A DNA stretch of 64,000 nucleotides. Source: Squalus acanthias. Lineage: Eukaryota. The notes beneath the pieces were generated by a model. The model was not told the origin of the DNA. It did no database searches and saw only the letters and a list, made by a program, of their open reading frames with translations. Each line of letters starts with the position of its first letter. The stretch's first letter is position 1. A program made the position numbers and the translations under genes. Shown here one piece after another: positions 59,687 through 64,000 of this stretch. The DNA lies in contig CM059432.1 of the NCBI GenBank assembly GCA_030390025.1, positions 13,330,001-13,394,000 of the forward strand. Direction: 5' to 3'.

Positions 59687-60640
59687 ATGGCAGGGCAGCT
59701 CACACCCATGGAATGCACATCCTGTGCCATGTGGGAAGTCCTGGACACCTCCCGTGGTCTGGACGACCACATGTGCGGGAAGTGTCGCCAGCTTCAGCAG
59801 CTCGAGCACCGGGTTATGGAGCTTGAGCGGCGGCTGCAGTCACTGCTGTGCATCCGCGAGCTGAGAGCTACGTGGATAGCACGTTTCGGGAGGTGGTCAC
59901 CCCGCACTTTAAGAATGCGCAGGCAGAGAGGGAATAGGTGACCACCAGACAGAAGAGGAGGACCAGGCAGGTAGAGCAGGAGTCCCCTGAGCCCATCTTG
60001 CTCACCGACCAGTATTCGGTACTGAGTACTGGTGAGGGCGATGGTTCCTCTGGGGAGTGCAGCCAGAGCCAAGTCCACAGCACCATGGAAGGCTCAGCTG
60101 CACAGGGGGCAGCGGGGGGAAGAGGAGAGGGAGAGCAATAGTGGTAGGGGATTCAATAGTTAGGGGAGCAGACAGGCGTTTCTGCGGCTGCAGACGTGAC
60201 TCCAGGATGGTATGTTGCCTCCCTGGTTCCAGGGTCAAGGATGTCACTGAACAACTGCAGGGCATTTTGAGGGGGGAGGGTGAACAGCCAGAGGTTGTGG
60301 TCCATATCGGTACCAACGACATAGGTAGAAAGAGGGATGAGGTCCTGCAGGCAGAGTTTAGGGAGCTAGGAAAGAGGTTAAAAAGCAGGGCCTTAAAGGT
60401 AGTAATCTCCAGATTACTACCAGTGCCACGTGCTAGTGAGTACAGAAATAGGAAGATAGAGCAGATGAATGCGTGGCTGGAGAGATGGTGTAGGAGGGAG
60501 GGCTTTGATTCTTGAGGAATTGGAACCGTTTCTGGGGGAGGTGGGACCTCTACAAGCCAGACGGGTTGCACCTCAACGGGAACAGGACCAATATCCTCGC
60601 GGGGGGTTTTGCTAGTGCTGTTGGGGAGGGTTTAAACTAG
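59687..60640 (+). pseudogene. CR1 ORF1: zinc finger / leucine zipper plus SGNH esterase (frameshifted)
   Basis: CTSCAMW...CGKCRQLQQLEHRVMELERRL; IVVGDSIVRG; VVHIGTNDIG; DGLHLN. Confidence 0.88.
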
Positions 60641-60761
60641 CTTGGCAGGGGGATGGGAACCAGAGGGTAGAATCAGAAGGGAGAAAAGCTAAGCTGGAAA
60701 TAGAAGATGGGGTTCAGGTGAAGGGGTATTTAGGAAGGCAAAGAGAAAGGAGAAGGCAATC

Positions 60762-63700
60762 GTGCAGGGCAACGACAGGGGTAACGATAACCAGAATGTA
60801 TCAGGAAGGGGCAGAGCGTACAAACATAAGAGTGCACCAGAAAATAGAGTCAGAGTAAGCAAAAATGATAAGATAAAATTAAAGGCTCTTTATCTGAATG
60901 CATGCAGCATTCGTAACAAGATAGATGAGTTGACGGCACAAATAGAAATAAATGGGTATGATCTGATAGCCATTACAGAGACGTGGTTGCAAGGTGACCA
61001 AGGCTGTGAACTGAATATTCAGGGGTATTTGACATTGCAGAAGGATAGGCAGAAAGGAAAAGGAGGTGGGGTAGCTCTGTTAATAAAGGATGAGATCACT
61101 GCAGTGGTGAGGAATGATATTGGCTCAAAAGCTCAAGATGTAGAATCAGTTTGGGTGTAGATAAGAAATAGTAAGGGTAAGAAGTCATTGGTGGGAGTAC
61201 TTTATAAGCCCCCTAACAGTAGCTATATTGTAGGACAGAGTATAAATCAAGAAATAATGGGGGCTTGTAAGAAAGGCACTGCAATAATCATGGGCGATTT
61301 TAATCATCATATAGATTGGACAAATCAAATTGGCAAGGGTAGCCTTGAGGACGAGTTCATAGAGTGTATTTGGGATGGTTTCTTATAGCAATACGTTGAG
61401 GAACCAACCAGGGAGCAGGCTATTTTAGATCTGGTAATGTGTAATGAGACAGGATTAATTAATGATCTCAAAGTAAAGGATCCCCTAGGAAAGAGTGATC
61501 ATAGCATGGTAGAATTTCAAATTCAGTTTGAGGGTGAGAAACTTGGGTCTGAAACTAGTGTCCTAAACTTAAATAAAGGCAATTACAAGGGTATGAGGAC
61601 AGAGTTGGCTAAAGTGGACTGGGAAAATAGATTAAAGGGTAAGACGGTAGATCAGCAGTGGCAGACATTTAAGGAGATATTTAATAAATCTCAGCAAAGG
61701 TATATGAGAAGGATGCACCATCCGTGGCTAACTAAGGAAGTTAAGGATGGTATCAAATTGAAAGAAAAGGCATACAATGTTGCGAAGATTAGTGGTAGGC
61801 CAGAGGATTGGGACATTTTTAGAAACCAGCAGAGGATGACTAAAAAAATTATAAAGAGGGAGAAGATAGAGTATGAGAGTAAACTAGCAAATAATATAAA
61901 AACAGACAGTAAGTGCTTCTACAGATATATAAAAAGGAAGAGAGTAGCTAAAGTAAATGTTGGTCCCTTAGAGGATGAGACTGGGGAATTAATAATGGGA
62001 AATAGAGAAATGGCAGAGACTCTAAACAATTATTTTGGATTGGTCTTCACGGTAGAAGACACTAAAAACATTTTAATAACAATAGATAATCAAGGGGCTA
62101 TAGGGAGGGAGGAACTTAAAACAATCTCTATCACTACAGAAAAAGTACTAGGCAAACTAATGGGGCTAAAGGCCAACAAGTCCCCTGGACCCGATGGCCT
62201 GCATCCTAGGGTCTTAAAAGAAGTGGCTGCAGAGATAGTGGATGCATTGGTTGTAATCTACCAAAATTCCCTAGATTCTGGAGAGGATTGGAAAACCGCA
62301 AATATAATGCCACTATTCAAGAAAGGAGGGAGACAGAAAGCAGGAAACTATAGGCCAGTTAGCCTAACATCTGTCATTGGGAAAATGCTGGAATCCATTA
62401 TTAAGGAGGTAATAGCAGGACATTTAGAAAATCATAAGACAATCAAGCAGAGTCAACATGGTTTTATGAAAGGGAAATCGTGTTTGACAAATTTGCTAGA
62501 GTTCTTTGAGGATGTAACAAACAGGGTGGATTAAGGGGAACCAGTAGATGTAGTGTATTTGGATAAGGTGCCACATAAAAAGTTACTGCACAAGATAAGA
62601 GCGCACGGGGTTGGGGGTAATATATTGGCATGGATACGGGATTGGCTAACTAACAGAAAACAGAGAGTCGGGATAAATGGGTCATTTTCCGGTTGGCAAT
62701 CAGTAACTAGTGGGGTGCCACAGGGATCAGTGCTGGGGCCTCAACTATTTACAATCTATATTAATGACTTGGATGAAACATAGAAACATAGAATCTAGGA
62801 GCAGGAGTAGGCCATTCGGCCCGTCGAGCCTGCTCCACCATTCAGTACGATCATGGCTGATCATCCAAATCCAGTACCCTGTCCCTGCTTTAATCCCCAC
62901 AGTACACATATCCCACCCTACCCCCATAACCCCACGTATTTAATTCCCCCTAACATATCCCATCCTATCCCCATAACCCCACATATTTAATCCCCCCCTA
63001 ACACTAAGGGTCAATTTATCATAGCCAAATCAACCTAACCCGCACATTTTTGGACTGTGGGAGGAAACCGGAGCACCCGGAGGAAACCCACGCAGACACG
63101 GGGAGAATGTGCAAACTCCACACAGACAGTCACCCGAGGTCAGATTCGAACCCGGGTCCCTGGCGCTGTGAGGCACCAGTGCTAACCACTATGCCACCGT
63201 GTTGCCCGAGGGACCGAGTGTACTGTAGCCAAATTTGCTGATGATACAAAGATAGGTGGGTTAGCAAGTTGTGAGGAGGACACAAAGAGTCTGCAAAGGG
63301 ATATAGATAGGTTAAGTGAGTGGGCAAAAATTTGGCAGATGGAGTATAATGTGGGAAAATGTGAGGTTATCCACTTTGGAAGGAAGAATGAAAAAGCAAA
63401 TTATTATTTAAATGGAGTGAGACTACAAAATGCTGCGGTACAAAGGGACCTGTAGGTCCTAGTACATGAAACACAAAAAGTTAGCATGCAGGTACAGCAA
63501 GTAATTAGGAAGGCTAGTGGAATGTTGGCCAATTGCAAGGGGTACGGAGTATACAAGTAGGGAAGTTTTGATGCAACTTTACAGGGCGCTGGTGAGACCG
63601 CACCTGGAGTACTGCGTACAGTTTTGGTCTCCATATTTAAGGAGGGATATACTTGCATTGGAGGCAGTGCAGAGAAGGTTCACTAGGTTGATTCCTGGAA

Positions 63701-64000
63701 TGAAGGGGTTGACGTATGACGAAAGGATGAGCAGGTTGGGCCTATACTCATTGGAGTTTAGAAGAATGAGAGGTGATCTTATTGAAACATATAAGATTCT
63801 GAGGGGGATTGACAGGGTAGATGCTGAGAGGATGTTTCCCCTAGTGGGGGTATCTAGAACTAGGGGGCATAGTTTCAGAATAAGGGGTCGCCCGTTTAAG
63901 ACGGAGATGAGGAGGAATTTCTTCTCTCAGAGGGTCGTGAATCTTTGGAATTCTCTACCCCAGAGAGCTGTGGAGGCGGAGTCATTGAATATATTCAAGG
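60762..64000 (+). pseudogene. CR1 ORF2: APE endonuclease plus reverse transcriptase (disrupted)
   Basis: [60 protein letters not shown]. Confidence 0.9.
62775..63207 (-). mobile_element. HE1-like V-SINE inserted in the CR1 RT
   Basis: Near-identical reverse complement of 14498-14930; it interrupts GACTTGGATGA|AGGGACCGAG. Confidence 0.9.

Larger units (their letters stand above)
59009..64000 (+). mobile_element. Near full-length CR1 LINE (5'UTR, ORF1, ORF2), running off the window
   Basis: ORF1 zinc finger plus esterase, ORF2 APE plus RT, with several stops and frameshifts and a SINE insertion at 62775-63207. Confidence 0.92.

Noticed and set aside
10400..64000. Exons of a divergent neighbour gene such as PPP4R1
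   Set aside because: No recognisable exon was found by eye. Small exons could have been missed.

Overview
Eukaryotic, repeat-dense vertebrate DNA, most likely from a cartilaginous fish (shark), judged from HE1/V-SINE-like and Deu-domain SINEs plus CR1, L2, RTE and Penelope elements. I found one host coding feature: the first coding exon (MALRELKVCLLG|GT) of a RAB22A/RAB31-family GTPase on the minus strand at 9760-9795. It lies in a CpG-retaining promoter-like region, and exon 2 appears to lie outside the window. Almost everything else is mobile DNA, often nested several layers deep. Main points: (1) a structurally complete 4.1-kb two-gene PIF/Harbinger transposon (spliced Myb/SANT gene plus convergent HARBI1-like DDE transposase), nested in a second Harbinger, with its own deletion derivative and several related MITE families nearby; (2) Penelope-like elements carrying minimal type-I hammerhead ribozyme motifs, including a 156-bp TSD-flanked ribozyme-only unit; (3) a 1.64-kb solo LTR just upstream of, and co-oriented with, the RAB exon; (4) a near full-length CR1 with a 34-bp tandem-monomer 5' end; (5) a 12.5-kb insertion stack whose empty site survives in an adjacent tandem duplicate. 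There is no CRISPR array, rRNA or true tRNA gene. All coordinates and alignments were read by eye; boundaries of old repeats are approximate.
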